Positions 35,508 through 45,858 are shown, counted from the first letter of the stretch. The stretch is 64,000 nucleotides of DNA from an uncultured Lachnospiraceae bacterium (GCA_964606505.1 CAZSGM010000007.1:10993-74992); one strand, 5' to 3'. A program made the numbers and translations. Notes: generated from the letters alone by a model not told the origin.

Positions 35508-36386
35508 ATGAATAATTTTGATATTGAGCGAAAGGGCTACAATAAAAAAGAGGTCGACAATTATTTGTTTGAGTTGAGCAGCAAGTATGAGCAGCAAATT
35601 GAGCAGCTTAACCAAGATAAGATGCAAATTCAGTCTGAAATTATGCAACTTAAATTGGAGTTGGACTCGTACAAGAACAAGGACGACCAAATTTCAAACG
35701 CTTTAGTTGTTGCGGTCGAAACCGCCAAAGAAATAGAATCAAGTGCAAAAACAGTTTACGAACTGGAAATAAAGCGCGTTAAGGTGTTGTACAAGAAATG
35801 GAGCAACATTTTGAACGAAATATGCGCTTTGTATCCAAATATAAATAAAATGAGTGGTATATCAACTTTGTTTAATGAGTTTCAAGAAGCCCTTAATAAA
35901 ATTTTGCAGAGAGAAAAAGAGATTTCCGAAATGCCTAGCAGCGTAACAAGTACCGCTGAAAAGGTTTACGCGAAAACGCTTTTATCGAGAATGTGGGGCA
36001 AAAACGAGAATACGGAAGTTAAAAAACGCAGAACTTCACACACGACAAACCCTATAACAACAGTTAAGAGGGCGGATGTTGGCACAAAGAGCAAAACTGA
36101 ATCAAAACAAATGGATTATTCCTCACAACTTAAGCAGAACGACGTTGAGGGCGAATTTGAAAAGTTTTTGAAGAGTGAGTTTGAAGATTTTGACAACTTC
36201 CAGTACAAGGAAAACCATAAGGACGCTAACATCTCTCCCGAAAAAAAATCTAAGTATCTAGACGCGCTTGAGCAAAGTCTAAATAAATCAAACGAGAAAA
36301 AGGATAACGAGTTTGATATGTTGGAGGCATTGAAGCCTAAAGAGGACTTAAAAGACATTATGAAAAGTTTCAATTTGGATGATTAG
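35508..36386 (+). CDS. DivIVA domain-containing protein
   Basis: N-terminal FDIERKGYNKKEVDNYL motif followed by a coiled coil. Confidence 0.7.
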   Translation: MNNFDIERKGYNKKEVDNYLFELSSKYEQQIEQLNQDKMQIQSEIMQLKLELDSYKNKDDQISNALVVAVETAKEIESSAKTVYELEIKRVKVLYKKWSNILNEICALYPNINKMSGISTLFNEFQEALNKILQREKEISEMPSSVTSTAEKVYAKTLLSRMWGKNENTEVKKRRTSHTTNPITTVKRADVGTKSKTESKQMDYSSQLKQNDVEGEFEKFLKSEFEDFDNFQYKENHKDANISPEKKSKYLDALEQSLNKSNEKKDNEFDMLEALKPKEDLKDIMKSFNLDD

Positions 36387-36498
36387 TTTAATTGGCTATC
36401 AAGGAACTGCAGGCGTATTAAAAGATAAAATCACTTTATTTATTTGATTGATATTTATATAAAATAATTGGGCATATTGTTAATTATGTAGACATAAC

Positions 36499-36546
36499 AA
36501 AACAAGGAAACATTTTGGGAACCGAAGTTTACCTTGTTTTTTTTTG
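36499..36546 (+). terminator. Intrinsic terminator (DivIVA-domain gene)
   Basis: Stem AACAAGGAAAC / GTTTACCTTGTT (one bulge) followed by T10. Confidence 0.6.
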
Positions 36547-36593
36547 CTCTTGACTTTAATATGTGGATATGGTACACTATAAAAAATAGAAAA

Positions 36594-36636
36594 AGGCTAT
36601 GGCGACACCCAAGTGGGTGGAAACCATAGTCTTTTT
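36594..36636. terminator. Bidirectional terminator (cvpA on the minus strand)
   Basis: Extended stem AGGCTATGG..CACCC-AAGT-GGGTG..CCATAGTCT with T-runs on both strands. Confidence 0.65.
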
Positions 36637-36648
36637 GATTAATAAACA

Positions 36649-37356
36649 TTAAATACTGTATGAACCAGTAAAGTTGTCAAGCAACTCAAATATCCATTTA
36701 GCGTAGTCATTTAATAGTGTTGTCTTGTTGAGCCATTCCGTAACGAAATCGTTGATGAAAGGGATTACGCACAGCAAGTTGATGAGTGCGATAGCGACTG
36801 CTACATAAAGCAAACCTTTAAAAGCTCCAAATACAAAACCGAGAACTCTATCGAGTCCGTTAACTGTTTTGTTTTCAGTGATTTTGTCAAACAATTTTGC
36901 AAGCATAGCAAGAGCAATTCTGATTAGAATAAACAGAACGATTGCGCTGCAAAGTGTTGTCAACAATCCGCCGAGTTGCGTCGAGAACCATTCAGCGACA
37001 TTTGCGCCTGCAGGAATAGTTTCGCTGCCGAGCATAGCAATAAGAAGGCTTTTTAGTATACCGCTTACATTGAAAGTGTCAATATAATCGGACGCGGGTA
37101 CAGCAGCGGATGTTGGGAAATCATAGCTTCCGAAATCAGAAACGACTCCGCTCATCAAGCCAGTGAACATATCTGTAATTCCACCGCCGAAAATGCCGTC
37201 AATAAAACTAGCGAATGTCGGAGCGAGTAAAATTGCGATAACGACCGATAAGGCGATGCCTACTAACGAGATTAGCGAGGCAAGGAAACCTTTCTTGAGT
37301 CCCCACAAAGCAAAAAGCACTATTATGACAATGAAAACAATATCAATCCAAAACAT
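36649..37356 (-). CDS. cvpA: CvpA family membrane protein
   Basis: N-terminal pattern MFWIDIVFIVIIVLFALWGLKKGF typical of CvpA, with multiple TM helices. Confidence 0.7.
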   Translation of the reverse strand: MFWIDIVFIVIIVLFALWGLKKGFLASLISLVGIALSVVIAILLAPTFASFIDGIFGGGITDMFTGLMSGVVSDFGSYDFPTSAAVPASDYIDTFNVSGILKSLLIAMLGSETIPAGANVAEWFSTQLGGLLTTLCSAIVLFILIRIALAMLAKLFDKITENKTVNGLDRVLGFVFGAFKGLLYVAVAIALINLLCVIPFINDFVTEWLNKTTLLNDYAKWIFELLDNFTGSYSI

Positions 37357-37603
37357 AGTGATGCTATTTTTTCTCCTTACAAAATTATGATAGCATAAAA
37401 AAATTTTTTTGTCATCTTATTTTTAGCGAAATTGCAAAAAAAATCAAAAAATAACAACTTTTTTTCATAAAATTATATTTTTTGTGCCGATTTTAAATCC
37501 GTTGCAAATAAATTGTGCAAACATCGTCATTTTAAAATTTTTAAATCATTTTTAAATTTAGAAAATCACTATAATTGTCATTAAAAAGCAGTTTAAATAA
37601 ATT

Positions 37604-37640
37604 AAAAACAGCAAGCGTGTGCCTGCTTGCGGTTGTTTTT
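37604..37640. terminator. Bidirectional intrinsic terminator
   Basis: Stem GCAAGC / GCTTGC with an 8-nt loop, flanked by A and T runs, immediately after the stop of the PRC-barrel gene. Confidence 0.55.
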
Positions 37641-38385
37641 AAGCCGAAAAAATTGATAATTCTTTAATTTTTCCGTTTTTCTTTGCGTTTTCAATGGTTT
37701 TTTGCGAAATAAGTGAGCCTTTTTTTGCGATTAACTCCTTTGATTGAGAATAAAGGTTTTGTGTAACAACTCTGCCGACTAGAAAGTTTACCGAACTTGT
37801 AACCTTAGTAGGCAGTGTCGCGATTGTGTTTTGCAACTGTGATAGGATAGGGGAGATGGTGTCCGCGCGTAAGATTGTAACAGGAGTTTCGGTTTTTATA
37901 AGTTTTGGTCGGTTTTGCTTGCTGAATTTGCTGGTGTTGATTTTTACGTTTTCGTCCTGAATGAGAATTGCGTTGTCGCTAAATGAAACGACTTCTTGCG
38001 CGCTAAGTGTTTCACCGTTTGAAATCACGATTGAACAAACGTTAAAAGTTGCGTCTACGGAAACATCGCGCACCTTGCCGAGACAGACGCCTTGTGTCGT
38101 GAAAACCTGTAAATTGATGGGACTGCAAAGCGTGATTTGCGGTTCTAGGTTTGAAAGCGGCTCAACGGCACTTGTGTTTTTAATAACGAGCGCGTTTTCT
38201 CCAACCGCAAAAATAGAATTTGAGTGAATAACAAATTCTTCCTCGTCATTTTCGGCTTCAAAAAAAATAAAATTGGTAATTTTTTTGAGCTTTTTCTCAA
38301 AAGTAACCTTGTTTATCGTGCCAAGAACTTTGCCCTCATATAAACTAATAATGGATTTGCCGATAATTTCTGATAAATTGTACAT
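37639..38385 (-). CDS. PRC-barrel domain-containing protein (two PRC-like repeats)
   Basis: The LSEIIGKSIISLYEGKVLGTINKVTF pattern resembles the YlmC/YmxH-type PRC barrel, and a second similar module follows. Confidence 0.5.
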   Translation of the reverse strand: MYNLSEIIGKSIISLYEGKVLGTINKVTFEKKLKKITNFIFFEAENDEEEFVIHSNSIFAVGENALVIKNTSAVEPLSNLEPQITLCSPINLQVFTTQGVCLGKVRDVSVDATFNVCSIVISNGETLSAQEVVSFSDNAILIQDENVKINTSKFSKQNRPKLIKTETPVTILRADTISPILSQLQNTIATLPTKVTSSVNFLVGRVVTQNLYSQSKELIAKKGSLISQKTIENAKKNGKIKELSIFSA

Positions 38386-38482
38386 TTTTTCCTCCTGTTT
38401 TATTTATATTATGACTTGTCCTATCATATTATGACTTTGATTTGCTTGTAATTTTCGCGCCACTATGTTATAATCACTTGGG

Positions 38483-39274
38483 TTGATTAATATGTTATTT
38501 ACAAAGAAAATTCAAAATGAGTTTGAAGAAGACGTTTTGTGCCAGCAGAAAATTAAAGTAAAGAAAATTAAGTTGGGGACAAAACTTATTGTGGGGCAAA
38601 ATCAGGTTGCCTTTGTTTGTGATGGGAAGAAAGTTTTAGATATGTTTTCTGAGGGCGAGTTTGAGTTGAATGGGGGGTGTTTGCCAAAAACATTTAAGGA
38701 ATTTGACCTTAACAAACCCAAGAAGCACAAGGTTTCGCAAGAATTATATAATGTGAATTATTTTAACGCCTGCATTATAATTTTAAATTTGCAACATTAC
38801 AGCAAAATTAAGTTTGAAACGCGCAATTTTTTAGTTTTTGATGAGTTTTGCGACACGAAAATGAAAATGGACGGGCGTTTTGACTTTGAAATCGTCGACA
38901 AGTTGCGCTTTGCGGAGTTTGTCGCTAAATACAAAAAGGGGAACGCCAATGTAATGGCGCACTTAAAAAAGTTTGTTTCAAAAAAAATTAGGTACGAGTT
39001 CCACAAGGAAGAAATGCCTGTTTCAGAGTTTTTGTCGAAGAATAACGCATTTTTGTATGCGCACGTTGAGAAAAAATTAGCTAAGCGCCTTGACAAGATT
39101 GGAATTAAACTTAGCAATTTTGACGTTGAGAATTTGACTATATCAAAGCGAAGTCAGAAAGTTTTAAACGAACTTATTGCAGAGGGAAAAATTATTTTGC
39201 ATTACAAAAATGTTACTAACAATAATAACGAGGTTGAAGATGTTAGAAGTGAACAATGTATCCAAGATTTTTAA
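38483..39274 (+). CDS. SPFH-domain, YdjI-like (COG4260) protein
   Basis: Several segments parallel my recollection of B. subtilis YdjI: IKLGTKLIVGQNQVAFVCDGKKV, MDGRFDFEIVD, GIKLSNFDVENLTI. Start TTG 38483 or ATG 38492. The 3' end overlaps natA by 35 nt. Confidence 0.45.
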   Translation: MINMLFTKKIQNEFEEDVLCQQKIKVKKIKLGTKLIVGQNQVAFVCDGKKVLDMFSEGEFELNGGCLPKTFKEFDLNKPKKHKVSQELYNVNYFNACIIILNLQHYSKIKFETRNFLVFDEFCDTKMKMDGRFDFEIVDKLRFAEFVAKYKKGNANVMAHLKKFVSKKIRYEFHKEEMPVSEFLSKNNAFLYAHVEKKLAKRLDKIGIKLSNFDVENLTISKRSQKVLNELIAEGKIILHYKNVTNNNNEVEDVRSEQCIQDF

Positions 39275-39971
39275 GAAAGGGAACAAAGAGTTTGTCGCCG
39301 TCGACGGGCTTAATTTGCGCGTTAAGGCAGGAGAAATTTTTGGTTTGATTGGAACAAACGGCGCAGGTAAAACCACCACTATGAGGATGATAGGGACGAC
39401 GCTTAAGCCGACCACGGGCGACATAAAAGTTTGCGGGTTCGATACGGTAAAACAACAAGAAGAAGTGCGAAAAAACATTGGCATTCTTTTTGGTGGAGAT
39501 ACGGGCTTGTACGACAGGCTTACGGCGCGCGAAAATATAAAATATTTCGGCGAACTTAACGGGATGGACGAGGAAGAGATTGACAAACAAATCGAATTGC
39601 TAACGCAAGCGTTCGGGCTGGAGGGGTATCTTGACAGACGCTGCGGCAACTTTTCTCGTGGGATGAAACAAAAAACATCTTTTGCAAGAGCAATCATTCA
39701 CAATCCTCAAGTTATGCTATTCGACGAACCAACCTCAGGGTTGGATATTTTGGCAAGTGAGGAAGTTGTCGCGTTTATTAAACAGTGCAAAAGAATGGGT
39801 AAAACCATTTTGCTATCTACGCACAATATGCAAGAAGTTGAAGAACTATGCGACAGGGCGCTTATTATCAACGGTGGGCGTACGCTCGCCTCGGGCACGC
39901 TTGAGCAAATTAACATCGCTACAGGTTGCAGCAGAATAAAGGACTCATTTATTAAACTTATTCAAAGTTAA
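39240..39971 (+). CDS. ABC-2 type transporter ATP-binding protein (NatA-like)
   Basis: Walker A GTNGAGKTT, signature FSRGMKQK, Walker B MLFDEPTSGLD. Confidence 0.8.
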   Translation: MLEVNNVSKIFKKGNKEFVAVDGLNLRVKAGEIFGLIGTNGAGKTTTMRMIGTTLKPTTGDIKVCGFDTVKQQEEVRKNIGILFGGDTGLYDRLTARENIKYFGELNGMDEEEIDKQIELLTQAFGLEGYLDRRCGNFSRGMKQKTSFARAIIHNPQVMLFDEPTSGLDILASEEVVAFIKQCKRMGKTILLSTHNMQEVEELCDRALIINGGRTLASGTLEQINIATGCSRIKDSFIKLIQS

Positions 39972-39993
39972 ACAAATTTTAAGAGGTAAATTT

Positions 39994-41322
39994 ATGGAAG
40001 ATAAAAAAACGCAAGACGTCACCGAGGAGAAGTTAAGCGTCGAAACGCAGCCTAAAAAAAGTGGCGCGAAACGCAAAAAATGGTTTCATTCTAGCAAAAA
40101 ATTCAACCAGTTTGAGGTTGTTTTAAAAAAGGAACTTAAAGACGCGTTTCGCGACAAAAAAAGCATATTTGCGACCTTTATTTTGCCGTTGCTGCTGTTT
40201 CCAATATTCTTTTTGTTGATGGGCACGAGCGCAAATAGCGTTACTGAAAAGGCGATTAACCCCAAACTTACAATCGTTGAAAACGGGGTTAGCGTTGCGG
40301 CGACGAGCGAACTGGCGACGTATTTTGACGACAACATTTTTTCGCTTAACCCGAGTTTGAATGTTGAATACGTTGAATGCGACGATTTTAAGCAATCGTT
40401 GATTGATAACGATATTTATCTAGCGATTGTTGTTCCCGAGGACTTTTTTGACTGCCTAGCGGACTCAACTAAGACGGTTAGTCTTAGTGTTATTTATGAC
40501 GACCGCTCCACTAGTGGGAGCACAACGGCGGCAAGCGTTGGCGCGGTATTAGAGGCGTTTAGCGATGAAGTTTTGTCCGATAGGGTGGGGGCGGATGTGG
40601 ATTTGGTTCCTGTTAAAAGTAGTTTGCTGTCGCTGACTGACGCTTATCCTGATGTGGTGAGGTACGGGACGGATAGCCCGCTTTTGCATTTGCTCATACC
40701 GATTTTGTTGACGCTGTTAATTTCAATTGGTGGTGCGTCGATTGCGACTGACTTAATCGCGGGCGAAAAAGAGCGCAACACCTTTGAAGCGTTGCTTTCA
40801 ACGAGTGCGAGCAGGTTTAGCATACTTTCAGCAAAATATGCAGTTATCATAATTTTTAGTTTCCTGAGTGCGATAGTTGAGGTAATTTCGCTGGTGCTTT
40901 CGTTGCTGCTGACGAAAGACTCGCTGGGGGCGGGGCTGTCCTCGATAGCGCTGCCCGCAGACGGAATTATACTCGTCATACTCAATTTGCTAATGCTCGC
41001 TGGGTTGTTCAGCAGTTTGTTATTGATGTTGACCGCCTCATCAAATACGCTTAAAGAGGCGCAGAGCAAGTCAACTTTAGTGATGTTTTTACCTATGATT
41101 ATTGCGTACGCAACGATGTATCTTGACTGCGCGGATGTTTCAATGTGGACGATGTCGTTGCCGATTTACAACGTGGTCGTAAGCATTAAGATGTTGCTTG
41201 CGGGCGTTATGAATAACGCTTACTTGTGGGGAAGTTTGGTAATCAACGTGTTCTACGCAGCAGCGTCGGTGTTCATCACAATGAAAACATTCTCAAAAGA
41301 GAGTTTAATAACCAAGTCATAA
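39994..41322 (+). CDS. ABC-2 type transporter permease (NatB-like)
   Basis: N-terminal TM helix, large extracytoplasmic loop and a C-terminal multi-TM bundle; directly downstream of the ATPase. Confidence 0.65.
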   Translation: MEDKKTQDVTEEKLSVETQPKKSGAKRKKWFHSSKKFNQFEVVLKKELKDAFRDKKSIFATFILPLLLFPIFFLLMGTSANSVTEKAINPKLTIVENGVSVAATSELATYFDDNIFSLNPSLNVEYVECDDFKQSLIDNDIYLAIVVPEDFFDCLADSTKTVSLSVIYDDRSTSGSTTAASVGAVLEAFSDEVLSDRVGADVDLVPVKSSLLSLTDAYPDVVRYGTDSPLLHLLIPILLTLLISIGGASIATDLIAGEKERNTFEALLSTSASRFSILSAKYAVIIIFSFLSAIVEVISLVLSLLLTKDSLGAGLSSIALPADGIILVILNLLMLAGLFSSLLLMLTASSNTLKEAQSKSTLVMFLPMIIAYATMYLDCADVSMWTMSLPIYNVVVSIKMLLAGVMNNAYLWGSLVINVFYAAASVFITMKTFSKESLITKS

Positions 41323-41420
41323 TTGCTTGATAACCAAAATTTTGCAGACGAACGAAACAAACTAGGACTTGAGTTGAGTTCTTGTTTGTCATCGGCTATA
41401 TCGACTTAATGATTTATTAT

Positions 41421-41447
41421 AAAATCCGAATTTTTAATTCGGATTTT
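41421..41447. terminator. Bidirectional intrinsic terminator (natB / murC)
   Basis: 11-bp stem AAAATCCGAAT / ATTCGGATTTT with a 5-nt loop. Confidence 0.75.
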
Positions 41448-41462
41448 TAATTATTGAAAATA

Positions 41463-42803
41463 TTAATTACTGAAAACATTTTCGACGTCGCCTGCTCCGA
41501 GCAATAAAATACAGGCGTTTTGCGTGGCTTGTTGCAGCGCAATATCTCGCGCCACGGCGAAATTGTCTGCAAAGTGGCAGTTTTTCTTATTTTTCTTTAG
41601 CGCGGCGAACAAGTCCTCGCTCCGCCCGCCAATGATTGGTTTTTCGCGCGCGGGATAAGTCGGGAGAAATATAACCGAGTCGCAGTCGTCAAACGCGCTC
41701 AGAAACTCCTCAAACAAGCCCAGCGTTCGTGTGTAAGTATGCGGCTGGAAAACCACAACAATCTTATAAAAGTCAAGTTCGCGGACATTTTGGATTGCAT
41801 TTCTAATTTCGGTGGGGTGGTGCGCATAATCCTTGATGACGGTTGCAGACTTTGTTTTCAAAACAACCTCAAGCCGTCGCTCAACGCCATTAAACTCGGC
41901 AAGCGAGCACTTGATTATTTCGCGTGGTATTGACAGCTGGTTGCAAAGCGCAATGCAAGCAAGGGCGTTGTAGGCATTGTAAATTCCTGAGATGTTTAAG
42001 TCGATGGTTGTGAGCAGACGCGCGTCGTGGATGACATCAAATGTATACTTTCCAGCGGTGCTTTTCAAGTTTTTCATTTGGTATGTGCAAGCGGGGGACG
42101 CGCCAAAGGTTACGGCGTTTGTAAAAGCGTTTTTGTGTTTTTGATAGAACTCACCGTCGCCGTTTATGATAATTTGTTTTTCAACTTGGCGCGCAAGGCG
42201 CAAAAAGGTATCTTCAATTTCACTCAGGTTGTTGTAGCAGTCGAGGTGGTCAAGTTCCACATTGTTTATGATAAGATACTGCGGGGCAATGTGTAAAAAT
42301 GCGCGTTGGTACTCGCAGGCTTCGGTTACAAAGTAGTTGCTTGCGCCGTAGCGGAAGTTCCCGCCGATGTATTTAAAGTTTCCACCGATGTGGATTGTTG
42401 GGTCGTAACTCGCCTCGCACAAGCATTGCCCAATCATTGCGGTAACGGTCGTTTTCCCGTGAGTTCCGCTTACTGCGATGGTGTTTTTAAACGCCTTGCA
42501 AATTTTGCCCAGCAACTCGCCGCGTTCTATCAGCATGCGGTGTTGTTTTGCCCAAACTAACTCGGGGTTGTCGTCGTCAATTGCGCTCGTGTAAACGCAA
42601 ATCGTTGCGTTCGATATGTTTTTTGCGCTATGCCCAACAAAGGTTTTTATGCCGCTTTTCTCAAGTTCGGCTAGTTTTTTACTGTAACATTTGTCGCTGC
42701 CTTGGACTTTGTAACCCTTATTATGTATATAAATTGCTAAAGCGCTCATACTAATACCGCCGATACCTATAAAATGGATAACCTGATTGTTTAAGTTTTT
42801 CAT
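41463..42803 (-). CDS. murC: UDP-N-acetylmuramate--L-alanine ligase
   Basis: N-terminal IHFIGIGGISMSALA and the Mur ligase ATP site VSGTHGKTT. Confidence 0.9.
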   Translation of the reverse strand: MKNLNNQVIHFIGIGGISMSALAIYIHNKGYKVQGSDKCYSKKLAELEKSGIKTFVGHSAKNISNATICVYTSAIDDDNPELVWAKQHRMLIERGELLGKICKAFKNTIAVSGTHGKTTVTAMIGQCLCEASYDPTIHIGGNFKYIGGNFRYGASNYFVTEACEYQRAFLHIAPQYLIINNVELDHLDCYNNLSEIEDTFLRLARQVEKQIIINGDGEFYQKHKNAFTNAVTFGASPACTYQMKNLKSTAGKYTFDVIHDARLLTTIDLNISGIYNAYNALACIALCNQLSIPREIIKCSLAEFNGVERRLEVVLKTKSATVIKDYAHHPTEIRNAIQNVRELDFYKIVVVFQPHTYTRTLGLFEEFLSAFDDCDSVIFLPTYPAREKPIIGGRSEDLFAALKKNKKNCHFADNFAVARDIALQQATQNACILLLGAGDVENVFSN

Positions 42804-43005
42804 AATAGTAATTTATGACCTGTACAAACTAGATGTTATTATGAAAAACTGGCAATTGGAAATAATTGGCAAATATTCAATAAAAAAACATACATTTGCT
42901 TAAAAAGTAGTGTTATGGCAAAAAATGTTGTTAAAATGTTTGTTTTTTTTCTCGTAATATTGTATTATATATAAGACTCTCATACGAACAATAAGGATGG
43001 TTAAA

Positions 43006-43290
43006 ATGAATATTACAGATGTCAGAGTGAAACTGATTGATAGAGAAAATCAACCAGTGAAGGCTAAGGCGACTTTCACAATTGACGACTGTTTTGTCAT
43101 CCATGATGCGAAAATTATGGAGGGCAAAGCTGGATTATTCATTTGCATGCCGTGCAAGAGATTAGGTACAGGCGAACGAGTAGATGTAGCGCATGCCTTG
43201 AATAATGAGACAAGAGAGATAATTAAGAGTGCAATTTTTGAAGCGTACGAAAAAGCTCTTGCTGAGTCACAAAAATGTGATGTCGAATGA
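43006..43290 (+). CDS. spoVG: Septation protein SpoVG
   Basis: MNITDVRVKLI......KA.A..TID..FVIHD.KI.EG..GLF..MP signature. Confidence 0.85.
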   Translation: MNITDVRVKLIDRENQPVKAKATFTIDDCFVIHDAKIMEGKAGLFICMPCKRLGTGERVDVAHALNNETREIIKSAIFEAYEKALAESQKCDVE

Positions 43291-43299
43291 GAATTCAAC

Positions 43300-43346
43300 C
43301 ACTTTAAACCAAGCTTTTACACTTTTCGGTTTAAGGTGTTTTTTTA
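43300..43346 (+). terminator. Intrinsic terminator after spoVG
   Basis: 11-bp stem CACTTTAAACC / GGTTTAAGGTG (one G-U pair) followed by T7. Confidence 0.65.
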
Positions 43347-43429
43347 TATTTTTTGTTTTATAACTTAAAATTCTTTTTCAAACTATTGCATTTTACTCAA
43401 TTTATGGTATAATAAACTTGTGAGGAATT

Positions 43430-44413
43430 ATGGACGATATTACTAAAGATGCAATGGGGATTGTCTTTCCTAAGTTTTTAAAAAACGACAACATCAAGCG
43501 CGATGTTGAGCAGTTTTTTGGTGAATTTGACGAGGGGACGTTAGAGCGCTTTTTGAAAGGAGTTAAGGGCAAAGTTGGGTTGAGTGAGGAACTTGTTTAT
43601 CAAACTGAGTCTGAAAACAAAATTTACGATTTAGAATATGATTGTCAGTCAAACATTTTGACAATGAGAATTTACTATAAAGAGTTATCCGATATTATTG
43701 AAAAAAGGATGTCAACCTTTGTTCAAGTTGTCAAGCGAACGATTGTTGAAGAGCACGAGTGTTTTCCAAGTTTTGAAAGAAAAATCGGGGGTGAGGTTTC
43801 TTACGGAATGCAGGCGGGGTTGAAGTTTGAGGAGTTTGGGAAAGAACTCGGGGAGTTAACCGTTAACAAGCATAACGGCGAAGAGGTTTCGACGCTGGAT
43901 GTAACAAACTATTTAAAGCAGACGACATATTCGGCGAATGTGGACGACAAGTACTCGGTTGTGCGTAGTAGGGTTTATAGTGGGGACGCGACGTTTTACG
44001 GGTTGTGTTACATTGATAGCGGCTATGTAGCGCAGTCGATAGAAGAGTTTGATGATTTTGATAAGTTTTTGAGCGGAACGCCGCAGCGCCGAGTTACGGA
44101 AAAGAATTTGTTTATCGTTGACGCGGATGAGCGCGTTGATTTGTTTGACGAAAGCATTGATTTGAACAGCGTTAACGACGGAGCTTGTGAGGTGTTTAAA
44201 CATACTGAGTTGACGTTTGGCAAGAATGCGAAAGAAAAGTACTATATAAAAGGTTGCGAAACGTCCGCCGAAAGGGAAAACTCAACGTTTTTCGGGGACT
44301 TGCAACTGCGTGAAATTACGGCAGAAAATTATAAAAACATACAAGACGATTCTGAGTATTTCCAAAGAATTGCTCAAACAATCCAAAATAATAAAGAAGG
44401 TAGAGTATTATGA
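43430..44413 (+). CDS. Hypothetical protein, 327 aa
   Basis: Long ORF with no recognised motif. Its stop overlaps the rpiB start (ATGA). Confidence 0.5.
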   Translation: MDDITKDAMGIVFPKFLKNDNIKRDVEQFFGEFDEGTLERFLKGVKGKVGLSEELVYQTESENKIYDLEYDCQSNILTMRIYYKELSDIIEKRMSTFVQVVKRTIVEEHECFPSFERKIGGEVSYGMQAGLKFEEFGKELGELTVNKHNGEEVSTLDVTNYLKQTTYSANVDDKYSVVRSRVYSGDATFYGLCYIDSGYVAQSIEEFDDFDKFLSGTPQRRVTEKNLFIVDADERVDLFDESIDLNSVNDGACEVFKHTELTFGKNAKEKYYIKGCETSAERENSTFFGDLQLREITAENYKNIQDDSEYFQRIAQTIQNNKEGRVL

Positions 44414-44838
44414 TTTATGTTGCATCTGACCACGCTGGGTTTGAACTAAAAGAGAAAATAAAGCAGTATTTAGACAAGTTGGAACTTGAGTACATTGACC
44501 TTGGTGCTAATAGTACTGAGTCGGTCGATTATCCGGTTTATGCAAAAGCACTCGCGGAAGAGGTTGCATCGAGTGAAAACGCGCGCGGCATTTTAATTTG
44601 CGGGACAGGTATCGGGATGAGTATCGCAGTCAATAGGTTTAAGAAAGTTCGTGGGGCACTGTGTTGTAGCGTAAAAATGGCGAAACTTGCTAGGCAGCAT
44701 AATGACGCAAACGTACTCGTGTTGGGTGCGCGCAGTAAAACTATGAAATTTAAATACAAAAAGATAATTAACACTTTTTTAAATACTAACTTTGAGGGGG
44801 GTAGACACATAAAAAGGGTTGAATTATTAGATATGTAA
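44410..44838 (+). CDS. rpiB: Ribose-5-phosphate isomerase B
   Basis: ASDHAGFELKE and ILICGTGIGMSIAVNR motifs. Confidence 0.9.
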   Translation: MIYVASDHAGFELKEKIKQYLDKLELEYIDLGANSTESVDYPVYAKALAEEVASSENARGILICGTGIGMSIAVNRFKKVRGALCCSVKMAKLARQHNDANVLVLGARSKTMKFKYKKIINTFLNTNFEGGRHIKRVELLDM

Positions 44839-45135
44839 TGTGCGTAACGCTGACAGGGTTTTCTCTGGCGGCGTTTTTTTGTTTTGGTTCTGTCAATTTA
44901 TAACAAACAAACGTGGTGTCATAATAAATGTTGAGGCGGGGAAGTTAAATATTTTGTTGCATTGTTTGCTAGAAGTAGTATTTCGCTAAAAATTGCGCAA
45001 CTGCGGCATATTATTTCAATAATTTCAAATGAGATTTACGCTTTAAAATTATTTTACGCGCAACTTATGTAATATAATGTCGATTAGGTTTTAAAATCTC
45101 AATTGCCCTAATATAATAAAGAGATGGAGGCAGTT

Positions 45136-45813
45136 ATGAGAAAAACAATCCTAGTTACACTTCTAGCAATTATCACTTTCGCGTTTTGTGGGTGCGGCGC
45201 AAGTTCAACGGATTTGGCGCTTGAAAACTTGGCGGAAGTTAGATATAACATCTTTTCTGGCGAAAACGATACATATGTCGCAACATTTATGAGCGGCAAA
45301 AGGGAAACACCGTATGTAGTTAACGGCGTTTGCGAAAAGCAAGTTGAGTTTGGTATGGTAACGGTTAAATATAGGTCGCCCGATATGCCAACAGTCGCAC
45401 AGTACGAACTTACAATCGGCGAAAACACATTCAAGGGCAACCTTGAATATAACGCCTACGAAAGCACTTTAATGGTCGATATTCAAAAAGTCGTTAGCGA
45501 CGACGCGCAAATAACTCTAAAAGTTATCACCAACCAAGACGAAAAAACTTGTGCATTACAACCCAAAACAAAGGGGATGGAAATTACTTGGAGAACAGCG
45601 CTAGATATTGCGATTGAAACCTTTGGCGACGACTTTGACGCGTACGTATCAAAGGGTACGTTTAACGGGGAAGTATACGTTAAAATTATCACGGATTTAA
45701 ACGGCAACTTCGACGATTATTATTGGTACGTTTCAGTCGTTGGGACAAATGGCAAAACGTGCAGTGTTATCATCAACCCTCAAAGCGGGGAAGTTATAGC
45801 AAAAAATTGTTAA
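45136..45813 (+). CDS. Putative lipoprotein (PepSY-like C-terminal region)
   Basis: Lipobox TFAFCGCG and GGAGG SD before the ATG at 45136. Confidence 0.55.
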   Translation: MRKTILVTLLAIITFAFCGCGASSTDLALENLAEVRYNIFSGENDTYVATFMSGKRETPYVVNGVCEKQVEFGMVTVKYRSPDMPTVAQYELTIGENTFKGNLEYNAYESTLMVDIQKVVSDDAQITLKVITNQDEKTCALQPKTKGMEITWRTALDIAIETFGDDFDAYVSKGTFNGEVYVKIITDLNGNFDDYYWYVSVVGTNGKTCSVIINPQSGEVIAKNC

Positions 45814-45814
45814 A

Positions 45815-45858
45815 TAAAAAAATCTATAAATTGACGTGTGCAACTTATAGATTTTTAT
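45815..45858 (+). terminator. Intrinsic terminator after the lipoprotein gene
   Basis: 10-bp stem AAATCTATAA / TTATAGATTT followed by TTTT. Confidence 0.65.

Noticed and set aside
36550-36584. Promoter-like TTGACT-17(TGG)-TACACT pointing at the cvpA terminator, which would give an sRNA of about 55 nt.
   Set aside because: The downstream hairpin is fully explained as the bidirectional terminator of cvpA. There is no independent evidence for a transcript, and the -10 element is weak.
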